A DNA stretch of 32,000 nucleotides from Candidatus Electronema halotolerans (GCA_942493095.1 OW818675.1:420001-452000); one strand, 5' to 3'. Shown: positions 1-9,810, counted from the stretch's first letter. Numbers and translations are program-made. Notes: a model not told the origin generated them from the letters alone.

Positions 1-387
1 CGCAACAACTATGATCTCGGCGTGTTCAACGGCGACATCGGCAGGATTATCGAGGTGAACAACGCGGATTTGACCCTGCGCGTCCGCTTCTTCCCGGATC
101 AGCGTGAGGTCGAGTATCAGCGCGAGCAGCTTACGGAATTGGAACTGGCCTACGCGATCACCATTCACAAGGCGCAGGGTTCAGAGTTTGAGGCGGTGAT
201 TCTGCCGGTGCTGACCCAGCATTTTCGGATGCTCTTCCACAACCTGCTCTACACCGGTCTGACGCGGGCACGGAAGCTGGCGGTGTTCGTCGGCACGAGG
301 AAGGCGTTGACGATGGCGGTGAAGAATCGGGATACGGGGCTGCGGCAGACGGCGTTAAGGGACTTGGTGGGCGGAGAGGATTGCTGA
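1..387 (+). CDS. RecD2-like SF1B DNA helicase, C-terminal fragment (5' end outside window)
   Basis: Frame is open from base 1. AYAITIHKAQGSEF and LLYTGLTRARK match the conserved C-terminal helicase motifs of RecD/TraA-type helicases. Stop at 385-387. Confidence 0.8.
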   Translation, partial: RNNYDLGVFNGDIGRIIEVNNADLTLRVRFFPDQREVEYQREQLTELELAYAITIHKAQGSEFEAVILPVLTQHFRMLFHNLLYTGLTRARKLAVFVGTRKALTMAVKNRDTGLRQTALRDLVGGEDC

Positions 388-405
388 GAAATATTACAGT
401 CGCAA

Positions 406-796
406 TCACCAGATGCGCTGCAAGCCAGCATACTCATCAAAGGCTTGATCTCTGCTCAGAAGCGGCATGTTCTCCGCCAAACTTTGCGCGATGAGCAGGC
501 GGTCAAACGGGTCTTTGTGATGAAACGGCATTGATCTGACAAAGTCCAGATGCTTCGGCTGCACAGGCAGCAGTTTCATCGCATTACCCCTGACATGCGT
601 CTCAACCAAGTCCGGGAAGGAGAAGTTCAGCTTCAGTTTGCCCATGCTGGCCTTGATGGACATTTCCCAGAGGCTGGGCGATGCTGATCAGCCGTTCGTT
701 GCGGATATCTTCGATGAGCTGCCGCGCCGGGCCGCTCAGATTCGGATTGCCGCCGATGAACCAGAGAAAAGTGTGCGTGTCCAGCAGAAGCTTTAT
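406..796 (-). pseudogene. PIN-domain VapC toxin, apparently frameshifted
   Basis: C-terminal part (406-663) reads WEMSIKA..HHKDPFDRLLIAQS, typical of PIN proteins. The N-terminal part IKLLLDTHTFLWFIGGNPNLS..RLISIA is in a different frame from about 796 down to 680. One extra base in the GGG run at 676-678 separates the two frames. No standard start codon at the junction with the antitoxin stop. Confidence 0.6.
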
Positions 797-1017
797 GGCA
801 TGTAGTCCTCGAAATCATCAAGTGGCGCATCAAAATCATCCGCCATTTCAATCAGTCCAGCGGCACTGCCGAATTTCGGGCGCGGCAGGACAGGAAACGG
901 CACGAGTTTGAATCCTGAGCCGTCATCCTTTGTGATGATGACTTCTTCGCCAGCGGCTGCCATTACAATCAGCTTGGCAAGCATGGTCTCCGCTGCTTTC
1001 AACGCGACTTGGGGCAT
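793..1017 (-). CDS. Phd/YefM-type (prevent-host-death family) antitoxin
   Basis: 74 aa. GEEVIITKDDGSGFKLVP core and C-terminal FGSAAGLIEMADDFDAPLDDF tail are typical of this antitoxin family. Sits directly upstream of the PIN gene on the same strand. Confidence 0.7.
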   Translation of the reverse strand: MPQVALKAAETMLAKLIVMAAAGEEVIITKDDGSGFKLVPFPVLPRPKFGSAAGLIEMADDFDAPLDDFEDYMP

Positions 1018-1136
1018 GTCAGCCTCCTGCTGTTGACAGCAACCAATGTTGTTTTTTGCTCCTGCTTGAATTTTCAGGAGAACGCTTTCAGCATAGCATG
1101 TTCAGGCGGGCAATGCAACGAGCTGAACGACTGGCC

Positions 1137-1205
1137 TTTCTCTGTCGGCACGAGGAAAGCCTTGGCAATGGCGGTCAAGAATCTAATCACGATCTGGCGG
1201 CAGTG
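1137..1205 (+). pseudogene. Relic copy of the recD2-like 3' end
   Basis: tctgtcggcacgaggaaagccttggcaatggcggtcaagaatc resembles 288-330 (ttcgtcggcacgaggaaggcgttgacgatggcggtgaagaatc). It encodes SVGTRKALAMAVKN versus FVGTRKALTMAVKN. Confidence 0.5.
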
Positions 1206-1341
1206 CAGGTTCACGCCCGAATCGAGTCATCCCCAGCCGATGGACCCCATGTTGTCTTAGCAGGCAATTCAATGAAATGATTCACTTTGCGAAGCAATTT
1301 GTCTCTGCAATGTATCATCCGGGGCTTGACACCAGCCCGTC

Positions 1342-2979
1342 TTACAACAGCCCCGCCACCATCGCCTTGGCCTCGTCCTGAATCCGGGCCAAGTGCGCCG
1401 CATCAATGAAGCTCTCCGCATAAATCTTGTAGATGTCCTCGGTGCCGGAAGGGCGCAGGGCGCACCAGCCGTTTGCCGCAACAATCTTCAGGCCGCCGAT
1501 GGGCGCATCATTGCCCGGAGCCTTGGTCAGCACCGCCGTGATCGGCTCGCCAGCCAGCGTCTTGACTGACACATCTTCTGGCTGCAAATTTTTCAGCACC
1601 GCCTTTTGCGCAGGTGTGGCGGGCGCATCAATGCGGGCATAAATCGGCGCGCCAAACTGCTTGGTCAATTCCTGATAATGCTGGCCCGGATCGCGCCCGG
1701 TCTTGGCTGTGATTTCAGCGGCCAGCAGATTGAGGATGATGCCGTCCTTGTCTGTGCTCCAAACCGTGCCGTCCTTGCGCAGGAAGCTCGCGCCTGCGCT
1801 TTCCTCGCCGCCAAAAAAGATGCTGCCTTGGCGCAGGCCGTCAACAAACCACTTGAAGCCGACCGGCACTTCCACCACTTTGCGGCCCAGCGCGGCTGCG
1901 GCCCGGTCAATGATCGAGCTGCTGACCAAAGTCTTGCCAATCGCCAGATCATCCCGCCACTGCGGACGGTTCTGCGCCAAATACGAGATTGCCACGCTCA
2001 GATAATGATTCGGATTGAGCAGGCCCATGCTTTTGGTGACAATGCCGTGGCGGTCAAAGTCGGTGTCATTGCCAAAAGCAATGTCAAAATTCTCTTTCAT
2101 CGCCACCAGCCCGGCCATTGCGTAAGGCGAGGAGCAGTCCATCCTGATCTTGCCGTCCTTGTCGCAGTGCATAAAGGAGAAGGTCGAATCCAGCGTGTCG
2201 TTGAAGATTTCCATGTTCAGGCCGTAACGCGCCCGGATTGCGGCCCAGTAGGCCATTCCTGCGCCGCCCATCGCGTCCGCGCCGATGCGGATGCCGGACT
2301 GGGCAATGGCCGCCATGTCAACAACTTGCTCCAGATCATTAACATAAGGCGTGACGTAATCATACGAACGGACGTTCGCCGATTGGAGCGCATCCGCCAA
2401 CGGCAGCGCGTTCACTCCGGCCAGATTTTCCGCCAGCAGCGCATTGGCGCGGGCTTCGATGACGCTGGTCACATCCGTGTCTGCCGGGCCGCCGTGCGGG
2501 GGATTGTACTTGAAGCCGCCGTCCGCAGGTGGGTTGTGGGACGGCGTGATAACAATGCCGTCGCAAAGTTCCTTGCCCTGCTGGTTATGGGTGAGGATGG
2601 CGTGGGAGATGACCGGCGTGGGCGTGTAGGGCGAATTGTCAGCGGCAATGCAGACTTGCACCTTGTTGGCGGCCAGCACCCGCAGGGCGGTGAGCTGGGC
2701 AGGCCAGGAAAGCGGGTGGCTGTCCATGCCCATAAACAGGGTGCCGCTGATGCCAGCCTCGGTGCGGTAATCGCAGACTGCCTGGGTCACGGCGAGAATA
2801 TGGGCCTCGTTGAAGCTGCGCTTGAGCGAGCTGCCGCGATGACCGGAAGTGCCAAAACTGACCCGCTCGCCCTCCTGCTGCGGGTCAGGCAGCAGGGTGT
2901 AATAGGCGGAAATCAGTTCCGGGACATTGACCAATATTGTTTTCGGGGCAGGCTGACCTGCCAGCGGATGAATGCTCAT
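1342..2979 (-). CDS. pgm: Alpha-D-glucose phosphate-specific phosphoglucomutase
   Basis: 545 aa starting [13 protein letters not shown]. Contains GTSGHRGSS (active-site serine loop), [16 protein letters not shown] and [10 protein letters not shown] motifs. The longer 622-aa ORF extension runs through a REP palindrome and into the neighbouring gene. Confidence 0.9.
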   Translation of the reverse strand: MSIHPLAGQPAPKTILVNVPELISAYYTLLPDPQQEGERVSFGTSGHRGSSLKRSFNEAHILAVTQAVCDYRTEAGISGTLFMGMDSHPLSWPAQLTALRVLAANKVQVCIAADNSPYTPTPVISHAILTHNQQGKELCDGIVITPSHNPPADGGFKYNPPHGGPADTDVTSVIEARANALLAENLAGVNALPLADALQSANVRSYDYVTPYVNDLEQVVDMAAIAQSGIRIGADAMGGAGMAYWAAIRARYGLNMEIFNDTLDSTFSFMHCDKDGKIRMDCSSPYAMAGLVAMKENFDIAFGNDTDFDRHGIVTKSMGLLNPNHYLSVAISYLAQNRPQWRDDLAIGKTLVSSSIIDRAAAALGRKVVEVPVGFKWFVDGLRQGSIFFGGEESAGASFLRKDGTVWSTDKDGIILNLLAAEITAKTGRDPGQHYQELTKQFGAPIYARIDAPATPAQKAVLKNLQPEDVSVKTLAGEPITAVLTKAPGNDAPIGGLKIVAANGWCALRPSGTEDIYKIYAESFIDAAHLARIQDEAKAMVAGLL

Positions 2980-3010
2980 GATGTATTTGTTATTGATTTT
3001 AATTCGTTCC

Positions 3011-3038
3011 GTAGGGACGAAAAATTTTTCGTCCCTAC
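3011..3038. repeat. REP-like 28-nt perfect palindrome GTAGGGACGAAAAATTTTTCGTCCCTAC
   Basis: Perfect inverted repeat, intergenic between the pgm start and the LRR gene stop. Member of a 7-copy family in this window. Confidence 0.85.
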
Positions 3039-3077
3039 ATTGTGCCATTGCCAAGGAACAAGGCAAAAAAGACAAAA

Positions 3078-4442
3078 TCACTGTCCGCCGCGCACCAACA
3101 GAACCGCGACGTCGTAGTCGCGGTTGACGACGTCGGAATAGCCGCTGCCGAAATAGACGCACCACGCATAGTCCGAGCTGACCGCATAGGGCGAACCGGA
3201 CCAGTACCACAATGAAGTATTCGGAAAAGCCTGCTGATTGATCGTTGGCTCTTCCGAATCATCGTTGCACCAGCCGTCATCTTTGTCTTTCACCCCTTTA
3301 CTGCAATAGACCAAGGTTTTCAGCTCATCAATGGTCGGCAGCCGCCAATCTGTATAACCAGCATATTCAACATGTTTAAAACGGCTTACGGCATCATCCC
3401 ATTTGCACTCTTCCGCCTTTCCCACTTCACAATTCACCCCTTCCAATCCTTCTGAGCAGCGTTTCCACATCAGGCCAGTCTTCGTATCAATTATAGTTCC
3501 ATCGCAATGATCAATATATTGACCAATCTTTATTCCTTTTGAGCAAGCTATTTTCCACAATCGTTCTTTTTCTCGTGCAGCGATGCCATCCAATTTTTTT
3601 CGCAATCCTTCTGGCAACTTTGACAAGTTATCATAATCAGAGCCGCTGTCATATTGCAGTTTCTTGATGCTTTTCAAAGAAAACATATCACCGTAATCAT
3701 CCGCCAAACGCACCGAGCCATTGCCTTGCAAATCCCAAATTTTCAGCGCATTCATGTCTATGTATGGAATTTCCGTCAGCTCATTGTTGCTCAAATCAAG
3801 TAATTGCAAATTCCGCACCGGCAGCCCTGTTCTGGGAAATGTGCTGATGCCGTTGGCGGATAAATTCAACTCCTCCAAACCGGCCAGCTTGTTCAGCTCC
3901 AATGCGCTGACCTCGTTGTTAATCCGGTTCTTGCTCAAATCAAGAATCTTCAATGACCATAACGGAGCTAAGGAACCGAAATTCTTGGCCGCGCCCTGCG
4001 TCCCGCTCAAATAGAGTTCGCCTAAATCGCTCAATTTCTGCCAAACCGGGGCAAGATTTTGCTCCGCCGTGTCGCCTTGAAAAAGCGGGTTGTCGGAAAG
4101 ATTGAGCACATCCAGCTTGGGCATGGCCTGCAAGGTTTCCAGCAAATCGCTGTCCGCATCCAAATGATTTTTCGACAAATCCAAGCGGCGCAGGTTGGTG
4201 AAGCGTTTCAGCCACGGCGGGATTCTGTACAACGAGGCATCGGAAAAATCAAGCAGCTCCACCCGGAGCAATTCGCGGGGCGCGGTCTCGGCAGGCAGCA
4301 CCTGCGCAGTTCTTTGGCCGGAAAACTGCACCTTGACACCTGCATCGTGCATGATGCGCACGTCATCAATTGTGAATAATTCCTGCCCGACAGACAAGGA
4401 CGGCAGCAGGCATAAGCACAAGGAGAATATGATTTTTTTCAT
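3078..4442 (-). CDS. Secreted leucine-rich-repeat protein with C-terminal DUF1566 (Lcl C-terminal-like) domain
   Basis: Signal peptide [20 protein letters not shown]. Repeated LxxLxLSxNxL units. C-terminus [33 protein letters not shown] matches the DUF1566 pattern. Confidence 0.75.
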   Translation of the reverse strand: MKKIIFSLCLCLLPSLSVGQELFTIDDVRIMHDAGVKVQFSGQRTAQVLPAETAPRELLRVELLDFSDASLYRIPPWLKRFTNLRRLDLSKNHLDADSDLLETLQAMPKLDVLNLSDNPLFQGDTAEQNLAPVWQKLSDLGELYLSGTQGAAKNFGSLAPLWSLKILDLSKNRINNEVSALELNKLAGLEELNLSANGISTFPRTGLPVRNLQLLDLSNNELTEIPYIDMNALKIWDLQGNGSVRLADDYGDMFSLKSIKKLQYDSGSDYDNLSKLPEGLRKKLDGIAAREKERLWKIACSKGIKIGQYIDHCDGTIIDTKTGLMWKRCSEGLEGVNCEVGKAEECKWDDAVSRFKHVEYAGYTDWRLPTIDELKTLVYCSKGVKDKDDGWCNDDSEEPTINQQAFPNTSLWYWSGSPYAVSSDYAWCVYFGSGYSDVVNRDYDVAVLLVRGGQ

Positions 4443-4489
4443 AGCATTCAAAAAAATGTTTCGGCAGGGCACGGCGCGCCGTGCAACAT

Positions 4490-4517
4490 GTAGGGGCGGT
4501 TCATGAACCGCCCCTAC
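4490..4517. repeat. REP-like 28-nt perfect palindrome GTAGGGGCGGTTCATGAACCGCCCCTAC
   Basis: Perfect palindrome, intergenic. Preceded by a second 16-nt palindrome, gcacggcgcgccgtgc, at 4469-4484. Confidence 0.85.
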
Positions 4518-4554
4518 AGAAATTTCTTGATGACCTCGAAAAAACAGAAATACG

Positions 4555-5181
4555 TTACGCCATCAGCTCGTCAAATGCGGAAACCCCAGTCGCGGCAATC
4601 AATTCCTTGACATGGGCTTCCTGATCTCCATGCAGCTGCCAACGTTCCAAAGTCAGCAGGTCATCAGGTTCAAGACGCTTCTCAAACTCATTGGCTGGCT
4701 TGGCATATCCCATGCCTGCAATCTTGATTTTGATCTTCTCTCGTTCAAGATAATCCAGCACTGTGTGGAAACGCTGTTTTTCCGCTTCGCTGTTGATCTG
4801 CATTTTGAAGGTGCGCTGCGGATGCAGTTCATAATCCGCAATGCCCAGCGTGATGACCGAGGCTTTGTAGGGCACTGGCTTGAAATTGGTCTCATTGCCG
4901 AGAGAACGTAGTTCCGGGAAGCTGAGATTGGAACCGAAACTCTGATATGCTTCAGCGCGGCTGTAATGACGATGAGACAAATTATTCACAATGGCATCAG
5001 CAACCAACGACACCACAACCGCTTCGGCAACATCAAAAATCAACCCAGCAAGCAAGCGGGTCGGCTGAAGACGGATTATCCAGCTCCAGATGCCAGCCTC
5101 GCTGGCGGCGGGCAGCAGCAATCCTGCCGCGCTGATTGCGGTGTATGTCAGCAGGTCACGGCGGGTCAGTTCGTTCTTCAT
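4555..5181 (-). CDS. Hypothetical protein with Tat-like signal (RRDLLTYTAISAAGLLLPAASEAG)
   Basis: 208-aa ORF from MKNELTRRDLL. The upstream 211 codons of the listed 419-aa ORF lie antisense to glgX and are discounted. Confidence 0.5.
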   Translation of the reverse strand: MKNELTRRDLLTYTAISAAGLLLPAASEAGIWSWIIRLQPTRLLAGLIFDVAEAVVVSLVADAIVNNLSHRHYSRAEAYQSFGSNLSFPELRSLGNETNFKPVPYKASVITLGIADYELHPQRTFKMQINSEAEKQRFHTVLDYLEREKIKIKIAGMGYAKPANEFEKRLEPDDLLTLERWQLHGDQEAHVKELIAATGVSAFDELMA

Positions 5182-5340
5182 GGCATGTCTCCTGTGGCAG
5201 AGATTGATCAGGCAGGCCCGACTCATTTTTAATCTGGAATCAGCCTTTGCGCAAGGTCTTCCCGGCTGGGTAATCTGCTTTTCAGCTTGGAAAAGCTGCT
5301 GCCGGTGGTGTAGCATAGTTGCAGCAGCAAGAAGCCGGTA

Positions 5341-7470
5341 TTGACCAACATCTCCCCTTTCCGCACGATGAGCAGACAATTTTCCACCTTGCCGGGCAGC
5401 CCCCAGCCGCTGGGCGCGACCATCACCCCTGACGGCATCAACTTTGCCATTTTTTCCCGCCACGCCGAGAGCGTTTCCTTGGTGCTGGGAATCAAGCATG
5501 AGGAAGGGGAAAGTGCCCGAATAGACATTCCGCTGGATCCGATCCTGAACAAGACCGGCGATATCTGGCATGTCACGATCAGTGGGCCGTCTGCTTATCT
5601 CCGCTACGGCTGGCGGATTTCTGGGCCGTGGGAGCCGAAAACTTCCGGGCTGGCCTACAACAGCGACCTGATCCTGCTCGACCCTTACACCAAAGAGCTG
5701 CGCTCGCCGCGCTGGGGTCATAAACGCCTTGGCGCAGGCCGACAGACCTTTGGCCTGATCCCGGATAAAAACTATGATTGGGAAGGCGACCGGCCTCTGA
5801 ACATTCCGCTCCAAGATTCAATCATCTACGAGCTGCATGTGCGCGGCTTCACCTTTCATCCTTCGTCCAAATGCGCTTTTCCCGGCACCTTCCGGGGCAT
5901 CACGGAAAAGATAACTTATCTGAAACGGCTGGGCATCACAGCGGTGGAGCTGATGCCAGTGATGGAATTTGACGAGACTGACTGCCCTTTTGTCAACCCG
6001 GAAACCGGCGCGCCGCTGCGCAACTACTGGGGCTACAACCCGCTGTCTTTTTTCGCGCCCAAACCGTCTTATGCGGGCAACATTCCGCATCCGCTCAATG
6101 AATTCCGCGACATGGTCAAAGCCCTGCATCGGGCCGGGATTGAAGTCATTCTCGACATTGTCTTCAACCATACTGCCGAGGGCGGCTGGGACGGCCAGAT
6201 CAGCTCGTTCCGGGGCATTGACAATCCGATTTACTATCTGCTTGATCCGTGGACCAAAGCCTATCTCAACTTTTCCGGCTGCGGCAACACCTGCAACTGC
6301 AACCACCCGATTGTCCGCAGCTTGATCATCGATGCGCTGCACTGGTGGGTCATGGAAATGCACGTGGATGGTTTCCGCTTTGATCTGGCCTCGATTCTGG
6401 GCCGCGACCAGCAGGGCCATGTCCTCAGCAACCCACCGATGGTGGAGATGATTGCTGAAGACCCGATTTTGGCGAATACTAAAATCATTGCTGAGGCGTG
6501 GGATGCCGCAGGGCTGTATCAGGTCGGCCATTTCTCTGATCATCATCGCTGGGCCGAGTGGAATGGCCGCTTCCGCGATGACGTGCGCATGTTCATGAAG
6601 GGCACGCCCGGCCTGAGCGGCGCGCTCGCCACCCGGATTGCAGGCAGCTCCGACCTCTACCAGCACAATGGCCGCCGCCCCTGCAACTCGATCAACTTCA
6701 TCACCAGCCACGACGGCTTCACGCTGGCTGATTTAGTCAGCTACAATGAAAAGCACAACCTTGCCAACGGTGAGGACAACCGGGACGGCGACAATCATAA
6801 TTTGAGCTGGAATTCCGGGGCAGAAGGGCCGACTGAGAACAGAAGAATCCTTCAGCTCCGCAGCCGCCGGATCAGGACGATGGCAGTCATCCTCCTGCTC
6901 TCGCAGGGCGTGCCGATGCTGGTTGCAGGTGATGAATTTGGCAGGACGCAGCAGGGCAACAACAATGCGTGGTGTCAGGATAATGAAATTAGCTGGATCA
7001 ATTGGCAGCTGGCTGAGAAACACCGGGGCCAGCTCCGCTTTTTCCGCAATTTGATCCGCCTGCGCCGTGACCATGCCATTTTCCGGCGGGCGGAATTCTT
7101 TGAGATCAGCCGCCCGGATCAGCCGCCCTCCTCGCAGGAGATCATCTGGCACGGCCTTCAGCCGAACCAGCCCGACTGGTCAGAGCAGAGCCAAGTTCTC
7201 GCCTTTCTGCTCAAGGACATCCGGCCAGGCGATGACGAGGACAGCAATTTCTACATCATGCTCAATGGCCAGCCAGATCAGGCTGCCCTGTTCACCGTGC
7301 CGGAAACTGCCACGGTCGGCAGGCCGAGCGTGTGGAAAAAAATCATCGACACTGGTCTGTCTGCGCCAGCCGATTTTGTTGACTTGGCCAAGGCAAGGCC
7401 AATTGCCGAAGGTGCTCAGGTCTGCGTGGCGGCAATGGGCTGCGTGGTCTTGCAGACGGAAAAAATGTGA
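5341..7470 (+). CDS. glgX: Glycogen debranching enzyme GlgX (GH13)
   Basis: PLGATITPDGINFAIFS N-terminal CBM48-like region. GH13 motifs DIVFNHT, GFRFDLASIL, IAEAWD, FITSHDGFTL. The start is either TTG at 5341 or ATG at 5368. Confidence 0.9.
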   Translation: MTNISPFRTMSRQFSTLPGSPQPLGATITPDGINFAIFSRHAESVSLVLGIKHEEGESARIDIPLDPILNKTGDIWHVTISGPSAYLRYGWRISGPWEPKTSGLAYNSDLILLDPYTKELRSPRWGHKRLGAGRQTFGLIPDKNYDWEGDRPLNIPLQDSIIYELHVRGFTFHPSSKCAFPGTFRGITEKITYLKRLGITAVELMPVMEFDETDCPFVNPETGAPLRNYWGYNPLSFFAPKPSYAGNIPHPLNEFRDMVKALHRAGIEVILDIVFNHTAEGGWDGQISSFRGIDNPIYYLLDPWTKAYLNFSGCGNTCNCNHPIVRSLIIDALHWWVMEMHVDGFRFDLASILGRDQQGHVLSNPPMVEMIAEDPILANTKIIAEAWDAAGLYQVGHFSDHHRWAEWNGRFRDDVRMFMKGTPGLSGALATRIAGSSDLYQHNGRRPCNSINFITSHDGFTLADLVSYNEKHNLANGEDNRDGDNHNLSWNSGAEGPTENRRILQLRSRRIRTMAVILLLSQGVPMLVAGDEFGRTQQGNNNAWCQDNEISWINWQLAEKHRGQLRFFRNLIRLRRDHAIFRRAEFFEISRPDQPPSSQEIIWHGLQPNQPDWSEQSQVLAFLLKDIRPGDDEDSNFYIMLNGQPDQAALFTVPETATVGRPSVWKKIIDTGLSAPADFVDLAKARPIAEGAQVCVAAMGCVVLQTEKM

Positions 7471-7488
7471 GGAGCAGCTTGCCGCCGG

Positions 7489-8529
7489 TCAGCTCTTCCG
7501 CTTCTCCCCAGTCAGGGCCGCCTGATCAAACCAGTTTGGAATCACGCCCGCTTTCCAGCAGGCCCGCGAGCTGGCAATCACTTTTCGCATCACGCCATTG
7601 ATGACCGCCCACAGTGCTTCGCTGCCGCCGAAATTGACCCCGCCATTGGTCCACAGCGTTTCCAGCATCAGCAGGAGCTGAAAAAAGTTCTGCTGGAGCG
7701 GCCCCTGCACTGGATGCAGAGGATCATCAACTCCACTATGCACTTCCGGCAATTCGCTCATCTTGAGTTTGAGAAAACGGCCAAAATGGGCATAGCCGTT
7801 GTATGGCTCAGGATCTTTCGGCTCGTGCATCAGCCGGTAATAAGGCGGCACTGGAAAACTTTTTTCCGTCCACGGCGGCGACTTGAGCATCTCGGTGAGG
7901 ATATGGCCCTCGCCTTGATTGGTCACAGCTTGGACCGCATTGCGGGCATCAGCATAGCTGGCAATGATCTGGGGGAAATTCTGCTCCGGCCAATGCGCCT
8001 GCTGATGCTGGGTGCTCCAGCGGAACTGCTCAGTGCCGACCTGCTTGATGCCCACCATCAGGCCGTCATACATCTCGCCGATGGAACTGTACGGATGCTG
8101 CGGCGTTCGATGATCCACGATCAGCCCTTCCGGGATTTCCTCCGGGTTTTCAATGTCCAGCATGGTGTTGAGCCGCTCGTCATCCAACGGCCCCAGCATG
8201 GCGTTGAGAAAGCCGCGCTCGCCGGTTTCCGGGTCATAAGGCTTGATGTAGGGCACATCCGCGCCATACTGCGGCGGCCTGAAGCCGGGCGGCGCATCCA
8301 AGGCGGCGCAGAGATTGGCGGCTAACTGTAGGTGCAGCATCTCCTCAATCACCACGCTGCGGATGATTGTGCAGGCCTCGCTCCTGCTGTCAATGACCGA
8401 GGTCATTGCCGTGATGTAGAGGGGCAGGGTGTATAATTCCACGGCGGCAGCGGCTTGGGCGTGCTCCTGCACAAGCGCCTTGGTCCAAACAGCGGCTGGT
8501 TCCGGTATCTCGGTCATGGCGGTTTGCAT
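7489..8529 (-). CDS. Ferritin-like domain protein (PF12902-type)
   Basis: VELYTLPLYITAM...VIEEMLHLQLAANLCAAL matches the ferritin-like family signature. Start taken at MQTAMTEI (ATG 8527-8529); ATG at 8517 is an alternative. Confidence 0.65.
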   Translation of the reverse strand: MQTAMTEIPEPAAVWTKALVQEHAQAAAAVELYTLPLYITAMTSVIDSRSEACTIIRSVVIEEMLHLQLAANLCAALDAPPGFRPPQYGADVPYIKPYDPETGERGFLNAMLGPLDDERLNTMLDIENPEEIPEGLIVDHRTPQHPYSSIGEMYDGLMVGIKQVGTEQFRWSTQHQQAHWPEQNFPQIIASYADARNAVQAVTNQGEGHILTEMLKSPPWTEKSFPVPPYYRLMHEPKDPEPYNGYAHFGRFLKLKMSELPEVHSGVDDPLHPVQGPLQQNFFQLLLMLETLWTNGGVNFGGSEALWAVINGVMRKVIASSRACWKAGVIPNWFDQAALTGEKRKS

Positions 8530-8778
8530 GGTTGAGGAAGAGATGATTGACGTTCCAGCGCGGAACGCTGCGGGGCAGTATATTTTTTTGCCAAGCAAAG
8601 GTCAAGTGAAAGTCTTTGAATATTGAACCGTTGCCCAAAACCTCTCCAGCAGCGGCCTTGCCATCCATCACGTTTCTTGACAGAGCTTGAACGCCAGAGT
8701 AAACGAATTGAAAAATCAATTCGTTTCTTCAAAATAAGGTGAAAATGGGCCGGACAAGGGGAGGTTTCCCAAAATGGC

Positions 8779-8808
8779 TTGACAACTGCCTGATTTTTCT
8801 GGTACGAA
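8779..8808 (+). promoter_or_regulatory. Leader-A sigma70-like promoter (TTGACA-18 nt-TACGAA), copy 1
   Basis: About 95 nt (8722-8818) are near-identical to the leader of array 2 (10944-11038). The -10 element ends 10 nt before the solo repeat. Confidence 0.5.
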
Positions 8809-8818
8809 AAGAGGAAGA

Positions 8819-8853
8819 GTCACAATGACACTCCGGGGCACCTTGGGTTAGAC
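8819..8853 (+). CRISPR. Solo degenerate CRISPR repeat (35 nt)
   Basis: GTCACAATGACACTCCGGGGCACCTTGGGTTAGAC versus the consensus: 2 substitutions and a 1-nt deletion. No second repeat follows. Confidence 0.8.
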
Positions 8854-8868
8854 CGCAGGCCGGAATCC

Positions 8869-8896
8869 GTAGGGGGAATTCATGAATTCCCCCTGC
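8869..8896. repeat. REP-like palindrome GTAGGGGGAATTCATGAATTCCCCCTGC
   Basis: Near-perfect 28-nt palindrome 15 nt after the solo repeat. The flank ggccggaatcc resembles the flank of the copy at 20003. Confidence 0.8.
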
Positions 8897-8931
8897 AATG
8901 TTTGGATATTTCATAAAAATGGCTTTCCGCC

Positions 8932-9768
8932 ATGAACATCCTCCCCTGCTTCCAGCCGCTGCTTGACCTCTCGTGGCAAACCTTGCGTATTGAGCTGCGC
9001 AACACCCGCAACATCTTTGCCCGCCAGCACCCGTTAGCCGTGTTCGCTGCGGTGTGCAAGGAGGCGGCCAGCAAGGCAGGTATTCCGCACCACGAGTATT
9101 TTTATCATCCCTTGTCCGGCCTGCTGGAAAGCCGCATCCGCAAAGATGCTGTCTATCCGCTGGAACTGGTTTTCTCCAGCAACGACAGCACAGTCCGCGA
9201 CCGCTTCCTCAGCGGCCTGACCGAGCACCTGCGTCATCCCCGCAGCAACTTTGCCCTGCATCAGGCAGAGCCATCCATCCGCCGCTGCCTTGCTGATCTG
9301 CTGGCGGAAAATCCCCTGCGCTGCCCGGACGAAGTCTGCTTGGATTTCATCACCCCGTTTCCGTTCACGCCAAAAGCACCGGGGCAGCTCTGCCTGATCG
9401 ACCGCGACCTCTTTTTCCGCAAGCTGGCAGCCCGCATTGAGCGGACGTTCGGCCTGCGGCTGCCGGGCATCGAAAGCACGTGGGCGGAAGTGCGCTTGCT
9501 CTGCTGCTATTGGAAATACTATGAACGTCAGCGGGATTCGGCCAGCAACAGGGGCAGGCTGTATCTGAACGGCACGGTCGGGCCGCTCTATCTGCGCGGC
9601 GAGATTGCGCCGGTCTATCCGCTCCTCCTGCTCTGCTCCGAGATCAGTAACGGAAGGCACAGTGCCTTTGGCTTAGGACATTACCTGCTGCGGCAGGAAC
9701 CCAGCCTGAAAAACCTCCGGCAAAATGGCCGTGAAAGAGGGGCTGGAAGGGGAGGTGCTACAAAATAG
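8932..9768 (+). CDS. cas6: CRISPR-associated endoribonuclease Cas6 (RAMP)
   Basis: 278 aa adjacent to the arrays. C-terminal glycine-rich loop SNGRHSAFGLGHYLL is typical of Cas6. Called from context plus this motif only. Confidence 0.7.
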   Translation: MNILPCFQPLLDLSWQTLRIELRNTRNIFARQHPLAVFAAVCKEAASKAGIPHHEYFYHPLSGLLESRIRKDAVYPLELVFSSNDSTVRDRFLSGLTEHLRHPRSNFALHQAEPSIRRCLADLLAENPLRCPDEVCLDFITPFPFTPKAPGQLCLIDRDLFFRKLAARIERTFGLRLPGIESTWAEVRLLCCYWKYYERQRDSASNRGRLYLNGTVGPLYLRGEIAPVYPLLLLCSEISNGRHSAFGLGHYLLRQEPSLKNLRQNGRERGAGRGGATK

Positions 9769-9770
9769 TA

Positions 9771-9800
9771 TTGACAGGAAGCTGAATTTACGGGTATAAA
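9771..9800 (+). promoter_or_regulatory. Leader-B sigma70-like promoter (TTGACA-18 nt-TATAAA)
   Basis: Near-consensus hexamers. The -10 element ends 10 nt upstream of repeat 1. The same roughly 51-nt leader recurs inverted at 20837-20887. Confidence 0.6.
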
Positions 9801-9810
9801 AAGAGGCAGA

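Noticed and set aside
1606-3117. 503-aa ORF on the plus strand
   Set aside because: It lies entirely antisense to the well-supported pgm gene. The Arg/Ala-rich, low-complexity translation is typical of a shadow ORF in GC-rich coding DNA.
2980-3210. N-terminal 77-codon extension of the pgm ORF (622-aa version)
   Set aside because: The extension reads through the REP palindrome and overlaps the 3' end of the LRR gene. Conserved Pgm sequence begins at MSIHPLAGQ.
5182-5814. Upstream 211 codons of the 419-aa minus-strand ORF
   Set aside because: This part is antisense to the glgX 5' region and is Arg/Gly/Ala-rich. A plausible Tat-signal start exists at 5181.
5818-6711. 297-aa minus-strand ORF. 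The same applies to 9034-9660, 16282-17190, 16985-17761, 20848-21624, 23768-24361, 27264-28139, 28411-29016, 29089-29904 and 30852-31541.
   Set aside because: All are antisense or out of frame relative to genes with clear family motifs (glgX, cas6, cas10, cmr4, the 488-aa ORF, recC, phoU, DUF2339, DUF3999). No motifs of their own were recognised.
8701-8726. Palindrome AAACGAATTG-aaaaat-CAATTCGTTT as a terminator
   Set aside because: The AT-rich stem has no clear U-tract, and no upstream plus-strand gene is available to terminate. Its function is undetermined.
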